Positions 9,250-18,288 of a DNA stretch of 40,407 nt are shown piece by piece. The position numbers were made by a program, and so were the translations under genes. How positions within the stretch are numbered: position 1 is the first letter of the stretch; each line of letters opens with the position of its first letter. A model generated the notes under the pieces. That model worked only from the letters and a program-made list of their open reading frames with translations, had not been told where the DNA came from and did not search any database. The stretch lies in sequence record SRR22947725_1617; one strand, 5' to 3'.

Positions 9250-9257
9250 TAATTTAG
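9250..9257 (+). promoter_or_regulatory. -7 element variant (TAATTTAG) 4 nt before dnaB ATG
   Basis: One mismatch to TAnnTTTG; the same variant occurs at 33465-33472. Confidence 0.5.
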
Positions 9258-9261
9258 ATGT

Positions 9262-10779
9262 ATGGAAAAAGTCAAACCAAATTTTGATAGATCTTTTAAA
9301 ACTCCTCAGGTAGTTCCCTTTGAAAAAGGAAAACTACCTCCTCAAGCCTTAGATTTAGAAGAAGTTGTTTTGGGTGCTATGATGATAGATAAGAAGGGTG
9401 TAGATGCAGTTATAGACATTTTACATTCTGAAGCTTTTTATAAAGAATCTCATCAATATATATTTCAAAGTATAGTAAAGCTGTTTGAAAACACTGAACC
9501 AATAGATTTATTAACCGTTTCAACAAAACTTAAGTCTGATGGAAAATTAGAAAAAGCTGGAGGGGATTACTATTTAGTTCAACTTACGCAAAAAGTTTCA
9601 TCATCTGCCCATATTGAATATCATGCCAGAATTATTTTACAAAAATATATACAAAGAAGTTTAATTAGAATTTCAACTGAAATTATAGAAGAATCTTATG
9701 ACGAAACTAAAGATGTCTTTAATTTATTAGATAAAGCAGAATCTAAATTGTATGATGTTACTCAAGGAAACATTAAAAAATCTACCGAAACTGCTCAAAG
9801 CTTAGTGATACAAGCAAAGAAAAAAATCGAAGAAATATCAAATAAAGATGGTCTTAGCGGAATTCCTTCAGGTTTTTCTGATCTTGATAAATTAACCTCT
9901 GGATGGCAACCAAGTGATTTAGTAATTATTGCAGCTCGACCTGGTATGGGTAAAACTGCTTTAACACTATCTATGGCTAGAAATATTGCTGTAGCTCAAA
10001 ATATTCCAATAGCTTTTTTCTCTCTTGAAATGTCTTCGATACAGTTAATTACAAGACTTATTTCCTCAGAAACAGGATTGTCTTCTGAAAAATTAAGAAC
10101 TGGTAATTTAGAAAAATTTGAATGGGAGCAATTAAACGTAAAAGTATCTGCTCTTGAGAATGCTCCACTATTTATTGATGATACACCCTCATTGTCTATT
10201 TTTGATCTAAGAGCTAAAGCTAGAAGGTTGTCTTCCCAACACGGAATTAAACTTATCGTAATTGATTATCTTCAATTAATGACTGCTGGAGGTTCAAACA
10301 AAAATGGTAACCGTGAACAAGAAATATCAACTATTTCTAGAAACTTAAAAGCTTTAGCTAAGGAACTTGATGTTCCGGTTATTGCTTTATCTCAGTTATC
10401 AAGGGCAGTTGAAACAAGAGGGGGTAGTAAAAGACCTATACTTTCAGATTTAAGAGAATCTGGTGCTATTGAACAAGATGCTGATATTGTATCTTTTATA
10501 TATAGACCTGAATATTATAAAATTGACGAATGGGACGATGAAGAACGAACTCCCTCTGCAGGACAAGCTGAATTTATAGTTGCAAAACACAGGAATGGAG
10601 GGTTGAATAATATTAAACTAAAGTTTGTTTCTAATTTAGGAAAATTTGAAAACTTAGATAATTTTGAAACTCCATTTGAATACCAATCAAAAATAAACAA
10701 GGATAGTTTGAAAGTTAATCCAGATCAAGCTTTTGAAAGTGGTGGATACAGAGACGATAATGAGGACATGCCTTTTTAA
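9262..10779 (+). CDS. dnaB: replicative DNA helicase
   Basis: LPPQALDLE, AARPGMGKT, FSLEMS, IDYLQL, LSQLSR, DLRESGAIEQDAD, KHRNG; no intein. Confidence 0.97.
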   Translation: MEKVKPNFDRSFKTPQVVPFEKGKLPPQALDLEEVVLGAMMIDKKGVDAVIDILHSEAFYKESHQYIFQSIVKLFENTEPIDLLTVSTKLKSDGKLEKAGGDYYLVQLTQKVSSSAHIEYHARIILQKYIQRSLIRISTEIIEESYDETKDVFNLLDKAESKLYDVTQGNIKKSTETAQSLVIQAKKKIEEISNKDGLSGIPSGFSDLDKLTSGWQPSDLVIIAARPGMGKTALTLSMARNIAVAQNIPIAFFSLEMSSIQLITRLISSETGLSSEKLRTGNLEKFEWEQLNVKVSALENAPLFIDDTPSLSIFDLRAKARRLSSQHGIKLIVIDYLQLMTAGGSNKNGNREQEISTISRNLKALAKELDVPVIALSQLSRAVETRGGSKRPILSDLRESGAIEQDADIVSFIYRPEYYKIDEWDDEERTPSAGQAEFIVAKHRNGGLNNIKLKFVSNLGKFENLDNFETPFEYQSKINKDSLKVNPDQAFESGGYRDDNEDMPF

Positions 10780-10785
10780 ATACCC

Positions 10786-11130
10786 TTATTTTACTTTATT
10801 AACAATTTCAGTAAAAGCTTGAGGATTATTCATTGCTAAATCAGCTAAAACTTTTCTATTAATATCAATATTATTAGCTTTTAATTTACCCATTAATTCA
10901 GAATAAGATAATCCGTGTAATCTTGCTCCAGCATTTATTCTAGTGATCCAGAGGGCTCTGAATGTTCTTTTCTTGTTTTTTCTATCTCTGTAAGCATAGG
11001 TAAGACCTTTTTCAACAGCATTTTTAGCTACGGTCCAAACGTTTTTTCTTCTTCCGAAATATCCTTTAGCTTGTTTAAGAATTTTTTTTCTTCTTTGTCT
11101 TGAGGCAACTGAATTTACTGATCTTGGCAT
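10786..11130 (-). CDS. rplT: 50S ribosomal protein L20
   Basis: [40 protein letters not shown]. Confidence 0.98.
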   Translation of the reverse strand: MPRSVNSVASRQRRKKILKQAKGYFGRRKNVWTVAKNAVEKGLTYAYRDRKNKKRTFRALWITRINAGARLHGLSYSELMGKLKANNIDINRKVLADLAMNNPQAFTEIVNKVK

Positions 11131-11145
11131 TTTATTTATTTTTTT

Positions 11146-11207
11146 GGATTAGGTGTCATAATTATGATCTTTATACCTTTTTCCTGGTTATACTTATTTT
11201 ATAAACC
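11146..11207 (-). ncRNA. candidate cis-regulatory structured RNA in the rpmI-rplT spacer
   Basis: Nested pairings GGA/UCC, AGGU/ACCU, UCAU/AUGA plus an upstream GGUU(U)AUA/UAUAACC hairpin in an 80-nt spacer. Confidence 0.5.
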
Positions 11208-11210
11208 GTT

Positions 11211-11408
11211 TTATTTCAAACGTAATTGTTGTTTAATGTTATCACTATCGCTGTCACTTACGAGCCCAGAATGTGTTAACTTAAGCTTTCTTTTCTTAGA
11301 CTTCTTTGTTAAAATGTGACTTTTGAAAGCGTGCTTTCTTTTAATTTTACCTGTTCCAGTAACTTTGAATCTTTTCTTAGCACTAGATTTTGTTTTCATT
11401 TTAGGCAT
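11211..11408 (-). CDS. rpmI: 50S ribosomal protein L35
   Basis: [31 protein letters not shown]. Confidence 0.98.
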   Translation of the reverse strand: MPKMKTKSSAKKRFKVTGTGKIKRKHAFKSHILTKKSKKRKLKLTHSGLVSDSDSDNIKQQLRLK

Positions 11409-11422
11409 AACTTCTATATTAT

Positions 11423-11974
11423 TTATTTCTTTGGGGCAACAAACATAATCATTTTTTTTCCTTCCATTGTTGGTAAAGACTCAACTTTTCCATATTCTTC
11501 TAATTCTTGAGCAAGTTTTAATAATAATATTTGTCCTTGTTCTTTAAAAATTATCGATCTTCCTTTAAAAAAAACATAAGCTTTTAATTTGGCACCTTCT
11601 TTAAGAAACTTAATTCCATGTTTCATTTTAAACTGATAATCATGTTCATCTGTTTGTGGGCCAAATCTAATTTCTTTTACAATTACTTTAGTTGACTTTG
11701 CTTTTAAAACTTTATCTCTTTTCTTTTGTTCGTATAAAAACTTTTTATAATCTAATATTTTACAAACTGGTGGTGAAGCTTTTGGAGAGATCTCAACTAA
11801 ATCTAATTCTAATTCATTAGCTAGCTCAATACCCTTTTGAAGTGGATATACACCAACTTCAACATTATTGCCTACGAGTCTAATTTCATTAGCTCTTATG
11901 AATCCATTTATTTTATGAGGATTCTCTTTAATTATTCTAGCAGGTCTTCTGCTTCTTTTTCTTCTAATTGCTAT
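11423..11974 (-). CDS. infC: translation initiation factor IF-3 (183 aa, non-canonical ATA start)
   Basis: Frame is open 116 codons upstream of the track's 67-aa ORF: (M)[70 protein letters not shown] at 11974-11972 (ATT at 11968 is an alternative). Confidence 0.93.
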   Translation of the reverse strand: MAIRRKRSRRPARIIKENPHKINGFIRANEIRLVGNNVEVGVYPLQKGIELANELELDLVEISPKASPPVCKILDYKKFLYEQKKRDKVLKAKSTKVIVKEIRFGPQTDEHDYQFKMKHGIKFLKEGAKLKAYVFFKGRSIIFKEQGQILLLKLAQELEEYGKVESLPTMEGKKMIMFVAPKK

Positions 11975-11993
11975 AGCTGTAAGTTTAAATTAT

Positions 11994-13934
11994 TTAAAAA
12001 TCTTTTATATTTTCAGTTGTCTTCTTCTTTATAAATTGAATAAATTCATCAATATTCATTTTACCTATGTCTTTTCCGCCATGAGCTCTAACAGGAAATA
12101 TTTTTTGTTTAACTTCTTCATCACCAACAATTAACATAAAAGGAACCTTTTTAAGTTCTGATTCACGTATTTTTTTCCCAACCGTCTCGTTTCTGTCATC
12201 TACAGTCGCGCGAATTTCGTAATTTTCTAGTAATTTTAAAACTTTTTTGCTATATATTTTGTGTTTTTCTCCAACAGGTATAATAGATACTTGATTCGCA
12301 GTTAGCCATAATGGAAAATTACCACCCGTATGTTCAATTAAAATAGCTATGAATCTTTCCAAACTTCCGAAAGGAGCTCGGTGAATCATCACAGGTCTTT
12401 GTGATTCATTATTTTTGTCAATATATTTTAAATCAAATCTTTCAGGAAGATTATAATCAACTTGTATTGTACCTAGTTGCCACTCTCTTCCCAAAGCATC
12501 TTTAACCATAAAATCTAATTTTGGTCCATAAAATGCAGCTTCTCCATATTCAATTTTATAATCTAACCCTTTTTCTTTAGTTGCGTTTACAATAGCATTT
12601 TCTGCTTCTTTCCAATTATTATCAGAACCAATATATTTATCCTTACTTTCATTATCTCTCAAAGAAACCTGAGCTGTAAAGTTTTCAAATCCAAGTGATT
12701 TAAAAACATATAATACCAAGTTTATTACATTTTTAAATTCAGAATTTAATTGATCTTGAGTACAAAAAATATGGGCGTCATCTTGAGTAAAACCTCTAAC
12801 TCTTGTTAACCCATGTAATTCACCACTTTGTTCGTATCTATAAACTGTTCCAAACTCAGCATATCTAACGGGAAGTTCTCTATAACTCCATTGTTTTGCA
12901 TTATACATTTCACAGTGGTGTGGACAATTCATAGGTTTTAATAAAAACTCTTCTCCATCTGCAGGTGTTGTAATTGGTTGAAAACTACTTTCTCCATATT
13001 TCTGATAATGACCAGAGGTCATGTAAAGTTCTTTATTTCCTATGTGTGGTGATATAACTTGTTTATATCCAGCCTTTTTTTGAGCTTTTTTCAAGAAGTT
13101 TTCTAACCTTTCTCTTAGTTCAGCACCTTTAGGAAGCCATAAAGGTAGACCATGTCCAACTTTATTTGAAAATGTAAATAATTCTAATTCTTTTCCAAGT
13201 TTTCTATGATCTCTTTTTTTAGCTTCTTCAATAAGTTCTAAATACTCTGTTAATTCTTTTTGTTTAGGAAAAGAAATTCCATAAACTCTGGTAAGTTGTT
13301 TATTGTTTTGATCAGCTCTCCAATAAGCACCTGCAACACTCATTAGTTTTACTGCTTTTATATATCCAGTGTGAGGAATATGACCCCCCTTGCACAAATC
13401 AGTAAAATTATCGTGATCACAAAATGTTATTTCTCCGTCTTCTAAGTTTTTTATTAGTTCTACTTTGTATTGATTGTTAATATCTGTGTAATATTCTAGA
13501 GCAGATTTTTTTGAAATTGATCTAAGTTTAAATTCGTGTTTTTCTCTAGCAATTTCAATCATTCTTTTTTCTATTTTAGAAAAATCTTTTTCTGACATTA
13601 CATGCTCTCCAAAATCTACATCATAATAGAATCCATTATTGATTGCAGGACCAATAGTAAGTTTAATATTGTTATAAAATTCCTTTAAAGTTTGTGCTAA
13701 TAAATGAGCTGATGAGTGCCAGAAGGCTTTTTTGCCTTCAGAATCATTCCATGTGTAAAAAGTTAAATCTCCATTGTCAATTAACTGACTAACTGTTTCA
13801 ATTATTTTTCCATTAAATTTTGCGGAAATTATATTTCTAGCAAGTCCTTCGCTAATTGAAGATGCAATTTGAAAAGGGGTTACACCAGATTCATAAGATC
13901 TAATAGCTCCATCGGGAAATTTTATTTGAATCAT
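11994..13934 (-). CDS. thrS: threonine--tRNA ligase
   Basis: TGS domain, HSSAHLLA, DLCKGGH, RDHRKLG, KPMNCPHH, QDDAH, FYGPKLD, IHRAPFGSLERF. Confidence 0.98.
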   Translation of the reverse strand: MIQIKFPDGAIRSYESGVTPFQIASSISEGLARNIISAKFNGKIIETVSQLIDNGDLTFYTWNDSEGKKAFWHSSAHLLAQTLKEFYNNIKLTIGPAINNGFYYDVDFGEHVMSEKDFSKIEKRMIEIAREKHEFKLRSISKKSALEYYTDINNQYKVELIKNLEDGEITFCDHDNFTDLCKGGHIPHTGYIKAVKLMSVAGAYWRADQNNKQLTRVYGISFPKQKELTEYLELIEEAKKRDHRKLGKELELFTFSNKVGHGLPLWLPKGAELRERLENFLKKAQKKAGYKQVISPHIGNKELYMTSGHYQKYGESSFQPITTPADGEEFLLKPMNCPHHCEMYNAKQWSYRELPVRYAEFGTVYRYEQSGELHGLTRVRGFTQDDAHIFCTQDQLNSEFKNVINLVLYVFKSLGFENFTAQVSLRDNESKDKYIGSDNNWKEAENAIVNATKEKGLDYKIEYGEAAFYGPKLDFMVKDALGREWQLGTIQVDYNLPERFDLKYIDKNNESQRPVMIHRAPFGSLERFIAILIEHTGGNFPLWLTANQVSIIPVGEKHKIYSKKVLKLLENYEIRATVDDRNETVGKKIRESELKKVPFMLIVGDEEVKQKIFPVRAHGGKDIGKMNIDEFIQFIKKKTTENIKDF

Positions 13935-13954
13935 TTTAAAAAAAAATATTAATG

Positions 13955-13962
13955 CAAAGATA
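13955..13962 (-). promoter_or_regulatory. -7 element (TATCTTTG) for thrS-infC-rpmI-rplT
   Basis: Exact TAnnTTTG 20 nt before the thrS ATG. Confidence 0.75.
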
Positions 13963-13985
13963 ATATCATTGAAATACTTAACAAC

Positions 13986-14210
13986 TTAACTGTCCTTTTT
14001 TTTAAAAATAGCTTTCATTATACTTTTCAATCCTTTAAAACCATAATAAATTGCAGTGAAGCAAATAATTAAACTAATGGTAAAAACAATTGAAAACCAA
14101 GGATGTTCTTGGTTTTTAAGGGACTGAAACATGAGGGTAGGGCCTAAGAACATAAAAAAGAAGGAAAGTATTATTTGTTTAAAACCTTTGCCGAATAGAT
14201 TTTCTTTCAT
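13986..14210 (-). CDS. small two-TM membrane protein (resembles flavobacterial DUF6095)
   Basis: Two hydrophobic segments, FLGPT and FKGLKSIMKAIF; ATGA overlap with the murQ stop; family name from recall. Confidence 0.7.
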   Translation of the reverse strand: MKENLFGKGFKQIILSFFFMFLGPTLMFQSLKNQEHPWFSIVFTISLIICFTAIYYGFKGLKSIMKAIFKKKDS

Positions 14211-15019
14211 TTTGAATGACTATTAATTGCTTTTCTAACACTTTTATGAACATTTAAAAGCTCATTTGCCTTTTTCTCATTTACGCCTAGCGTATTCATA
14301 ATAATATTTTTTCCTCTGTTTACTAATTTTTCATTTGAAAGCTGCATGTCTACCATTTTATTTCCCTTTATTTTACCAATCTTAATCATTGATATTGTTG
14401 AAATCATATTTAATACCATTTTTTGAGCTGTCCCAGCTTTCATTCTTGAACTTCCAGTAACTACTTCGGGCCCAACATTTATTCCAATTGGGTATTCACA
14501 AGCTAAAGATAATGGACTGCCTGGATTGCATGTAATACAGCCTGAAGGTATGTTATTTTTAAAGCAATTACTTATAGCACCGATTACATAAGGTGTAGTT
14601 CCTGATGCAGCAATTCCAATTACAAAATCATTTTTGTTTATGTTGTGTTCTAATAAGTCTTCCCAGCCTTTCATTGGCTCATCTTCAGCATTTTCAATAC
14701 TTTTTCTTATAGCTTTATCACCACCTGCTATGATTCCATTAACAAGAGTGTTATCAACCCCAAAGGTTGGAGGACACTCAGACGCATCAACTACACCTAA
14801 TCTTCCGCTTGTTCCCGATCCTATGTAAAAAAGCCTTCCTCCTTTATTTATTTGCTTAATTACTTTTAAAATTAATTTATTTATCGTGTGTAATTCTTTT
14901 TTAATACTAAAAGCTACGGATTGGTCTTCATTATTAATTATTTTCAACAGTTCTAAAGAAGATTTTAACTCTAAATCATCATAATTTGAATTTGATTCTG
15001 TTATTCTTTCAAAACTCAT
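14207..15019 (-). CDS. murQ: N-acetylmuramic acid 6-phosphate etherase
   Basis: GSGTSGRLGVVDASECPPTFG, AENAED-like SIENAED, GIAASGTTPYV, GPEVVTGSSRMKAGTAQK, NKMVD. Confidence 0.95.
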   Translation of the reverse strand: MSFERITESNSNYDDLELKSSLELLKIINNEDQSVAFSIKKELHTINKLILKVIKQINKGGRLFYIGSGTSGRLGVVDASECPPTFGVDNTLVNGIIAGGDKAIRKSIENAEDEPMKGWEDLLEHNINKNDFVIGIAASGTTPYVIGAISNCFKNNIPSGCITCNPGSPLSLACEYPIGINVGPEVVTGSSRMKAGTAQKMVLNMISTISMIKIGKIKGNKMVDMQLSNEKLVNRGKNIIMNTLGVNEKKANELLNVHKSVRKAINSHSK

Positions 15020-15029
15020 AAATTATTTT

Positions 15030-15869
15030 TTAATCAAAAAAATCAGCAGGAGCATCTTCTTTTGATAATCTAAAGTAATCAAATTCAGAAACTATATAAT
15101 ATCCCAGTGGAAAATTTTCAGGATTTGATTGATTTATAATATTACCCTTGATAACTGCGTTTGCCGTAGAAAATGGCCTTCCGCTTTGTGCTCCAGCTTG
15201 AGAGGTAAGTATGTTAAGATAATTATAATAGTCTTCACTTATTCCATTTATTTCAATGTTGATATAATCCACATCTTTTAAATATTCAGTTTTATCAATA
15301 AAAAATGAAAAAGTAAATTCATTTCCGTTTATGTACTTATCAAGAGCAGGTAAATAATCAAATTTTCCATTTTTTTTAGGACCAAATTTCCATAAATAAT
15401 AATTGCCTAATTCAGGTGGATCATTAAAAGTTACAAGTAATTCAACTTCATCTTCATTTAATGACTTTCTTTCTCCAAATTTAACAGAGTTAATTTTTGG
15501 TGTTTGAATTAATTTTTCAGTTGAAATATAAATATTGTCGTCACGCTTTATGGATAAAAGATAATCTTCATTTTCAATATTATTTAATTTGGACCAATAA
15601 TATGATTTTACATTGTCAAAATTTAAATTAAAATTTTCTTCATTTACCTTAATAGAAACTAGTGCATTTTCTACAGTATTAGATTTGTCAGAAAAATAAG
15701 GTATTGTTTCACTTAGCTTGACAACAGCTATTCCGTTGATACTATCTTTATGTTTTGATATACTAGCGTCTATTACAAGTCTTTTATCCTCAAAATCTGT
15801 TTCTATTTCTATTACTTTTTCACAACTTGATGTGAATGCTATTAAAGTTATTAATATGAGTTTTTTCAT
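15030..15869 (-). CDS. lipoprotein partner of the TonB-dependent receptor (DUF4249-like)
   Basis: Lipobox FTSSC-EKVIEI, RLVIDA, FNDPPELGNYY, GNIINQSNPENFPLGY; TGATG overlap with the receptor stop. Confidence 0.75.
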   Translation of the reverse strand: MKKLILITLIAFTSSCEKVIEIETDFEDKRLVIDASISKHKDSINGIAVVKLSETIPYFSDKSNTVENALVSIKVNEENFNLNFDNVKSYYWSKLNNIENEDYLLSIKRDDNIYISTEKLIQTPKINSVKFGERKSLNEDEVELLVTFNDPPELGNYYLWKFGPKKNGKFDYLPALDKYINGNEFTFSFFIDKTEYLKDVDYINIEINGISEDYYNYLNILTSQAGAQSGRPFSTANAVIKGNIINQSNPENFPLGYYIVSEFDYFRLSKEDAPADFFD

Positions 15870-18220
15870 CAAAATTTAAAGTTGTAGGTTATGCTTGGTA
15901 CAATACCAAAAATAGATAGTTGAACCGCCTCATTTTTTAAAGTTTCACTATTCTCTCTAAAAAAAATCGAATTTGCATTATCTCTGTTGTAAATGTTATA
16001 AAAACCAAACACCCATTCACTTTTGTATTTTTTTATTTTTTGAGAATTTAATGTTACTGAAACATCTAATCTATGATAATTTGGTAATCTTTTAGAATTT
16101 CTAGGTCCATAATTTGGGATGTTTAAATCCATATAAGTGTACTGACCAACTGGGTAATTAGTGGGTTGACCAGTTTGAAAAATGAAATTAGTATTTAGTG
16201 TAAATTTATTTGAAATTTTATAATTTGAAACAAAACTAATGTCGTGAGTTTTATCATACGGAGTGTAATACCATTCACCATCATTTATTCCTTTTTCAAA
16301 ACTTGTTCTTCCTTCAGTTTTTTGTTCAGATTTTGAAAGAGTATAAGCAAACCAATAAGTGTGTTTACCTTGGCTTTTTTTAAATAAAAATTCCCATCCA
16401 TATGCTCTTGATTTTCCTGATAATAAAACACGTTCTACTGCTTCATTTGCTACTAAATCTGCGCCATCAATATAATCAAGTCTGTTTTTAATTTTTTTAT
16501 AAAATAATTCAGTTTCTAAGTTAAATTTATTTTTAATTTTTGATTGAAATCCTAATGCCCATTGATCTAGTTTTTGGGGTTTTAAATAAGGACCGCTAGG
16601 TGTCCATACATCCAATGGAGCTGGTGCACTTGTATTTGAAATTAAATGGATGTACTGATTTAATCTATTATAGCTAGCTTTTATTGATTTATTATCGAAG
16701 TTGTAGGCTACATTTAATCTAGGTTCTATATTTCCATATGCTTTTAAAGTATTTTTATTTATGTTAAATTCTCCTATAGCTTCAGCGCCTTTATATATAC
16801 CTAGATTAGAATCATATTCAACAGGATTATCATTTAAATAACTATTAAGACCATTTTGTTTGAATCTTAGAAACTGATTAAATCTTAAGCCATATCTTAA
16901 CGCAAATCTTTTAGATATATTATGAATAACATCAAAGTATGCAGAATTTTCCAATGCATACTTTTTATTTAAATTTTTATAATTAATTCCTGAACCGTTA
17001 ATCGGTTTTATCTCGCCTGGATTAAATTCATAATATATAGAATTAAGTCCATAATTAAATTGAATTTTTTCAGAATAATAATTTTTTAAATCGAACTTTA
17101 TATTTAAATTTTTAATTCCTGAATTCCAATTAAATCCTATGAAATCAAGAGTTAGGCCATAATAATAATCACTATATATAACTGAAGTATTTGTGAATGT
17201 TTTGTCACTCAACAAATGATTCCATCTTAAGTTAATTGTGGAATTCCCATAAGTATTCGAAAAAGTATTATTTAATCTAAATAAATCTCTTCCAAAATAT
17301 CCTGAAAAGTAAAGCGTGTTCTTATCGTCTATTTTGAAGTTAGATTTTGTATTTAAATCATAAAAATATGCTACATTTTCAATATCAGTTAATTTTAGAA
17401 ATAAATGTGCATAAGATCCTCTACCTGCAATTAAAAATGAACTTTTGTTTTTTTGTATTGGACCTTCAAAAAGTAATCTACTTGAAATTAGTCCGATTCC
17501 ACCACTAAATTTGTTTGACTTACTGTTTCCATCTTTCTGATATACATCTAACACTGAGGATAATCTTCCGCCATATGATGCAGGAATCCCACCCTTATAA
17601 AGTTTTAATTCTTTAATTGCATCTGAATTAAATACCGAAAACAGCCCAAATAGGTGTGAGGAGTTATAAATAATAGCTTCATCAAATAATATTAAATTTT
17701 GATCGCCAGCACCACCACGAACATTAAACCCCCCAGTTCCCTCACCAGAATTTGAAACTCCAGGCAAAAGTTGAATTGTTTTTAACAAATCTGATTCTCC
17801 AAATAATACAGGAGTTTGTTTTATTGTTTTATTAGATAAGATATTTAAACTCATTATAGGTTTTTTTATATCTATTTCTTCAACATTTTTAGTGACAACT
17901 ACTTCATTTAAATTTTCAATATTTTCTTCTAAATAATAATTTACTTTTAAATCTTTTTGAAGGAAAATCTTTTTTGAAATATTCTTAAATCCAATCGAAC
18001 TAATTTCTACTTTGTAGACACCCTCTGGAATCGTAATTGAAAAAAAACCGTAACTGTTTGTGATAGCCCCAGAATTAATTTCTGGAAAAACGATATTTGC
18101 TCCAATTATAAGTTCATTACTTTCAGAGGACATAACATATCCACTAAAAGTAAAATTATTTTGAGAATAAATAAAATTGGTGAAGAGGATAAGAAATAAA
18201 TATAAAAACTTTTTGAACAT
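15869..18220 (-). CDS. TonB-dependent outer-membrane receptor with N-terminal carboxypeptidase-regulatory-like domain
   Basis: Signal peptide, TNSYGFFSI, LNEVVV TonB box, plug LLPGV..GFNVRGG..QNLIL, YGGRLSSVLD, terminal YNFKF. Confidence 0.92.
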   Translation of the reverse strand: MFKKFLYLFLILFTNFIYSQNNFTFSGYVMSSESNELIIGANIVFPEINSGAITNSYGFFSITIPEGVYKVEISSIGFKNISKKIFLQKDLKVNYYLEENIENLNEVVVTKNVEEIDIKKPIMSLNILSNKTIKQTPVLFGESDLLKTIQLLPGVSNSGEGTGGFNVRGGAGDQNLILFDEAIIYNSSHLFGLFSVFNSDAIKELKLYKGGIPASYGGRLSSVLDVYQKDGNSKSNKFSGGIGLISSRLLFEGPIQKNKSSFLIAGRGSYAHLFLKLTDIENVAYFYDLNTKSNFKIDDKNTLYFSGYFGRDLFRLNNTFSNTYGNSTINLRWNHLLSDKTFTNTSVIYSDYYYGLTLDFIGFNWNSGIKNLNIKFDLKNYYSEKIQFNYGLNSIYYEFNPGEIKPINGSGINYKNLNKKYALENSAYFDVIHNISKRFALRYGLRFNQFLRFKQNGLNSYLNDNPVEYDSNLGIYKGAEAIGEFNINKNTLKAYGNIEPRLNVAYNFDNKSIKASYNRLNQYIHLISNTSAPAPLDVWTPSGPYLKPQKLDQWALGFQSKIKNKFNLETELFYKKIKNRLDYIDGADLVANEAVERVLLSGKSRAYGWEFLFKKSQGKHTYWFAYTLSKSEQKTEGRTSFEKGINDGEWYYTPYDKTHDISFVSNYKISNKFTLNTNFIFQTGQPTNYPVGQYTYMDLNIPNYGPRNSKRLPNYHRLDVSVTLNSQKIKKYKSEWVFGFYNIYNRDNANSIFFRENSETLKNEAVQLSIFGIVPSITYNFKF

Positions 18221-18288
18221 TAATAAATTTTAAAATTATTTGAATAATTTTTAATTAATTAATAACAAATAATATGCCAGTATATTTA

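Noticed and set aside
9262..10779. Intein in DnaB
   Set aside because: Normal length with contiguous helicase motifs
11627..11993. Apparent 370-nt non-coding gap or truncated infC pseudogene
   Set aside because: It is the open N-terminal half of infC with an ATA start
10515..12034. Short ORFs 10515-10700, 11316-11510 and 11837-12034
   Set aside because: Antisense to dnaB, rpmI/infC and infC/thrS
13935..13985. T-box or tRNA-mimic operator upstream of thrS
   Set aside because: The -7 element leaves only about 15 nt of leader
14634..14828. Plus-strand 64-aa ORF
   Set aside because: Antisense shadow of murQ
18232..18251. Palindrome AAAATTATT-TG-AATAATTTT upstream of the TonB receptor as a Fur-like box
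   Set aside because: A/T-only arms in a very AT-rich spacer and a poor match to Fur consensus; no riboswitch fits in the 68-nt gap either
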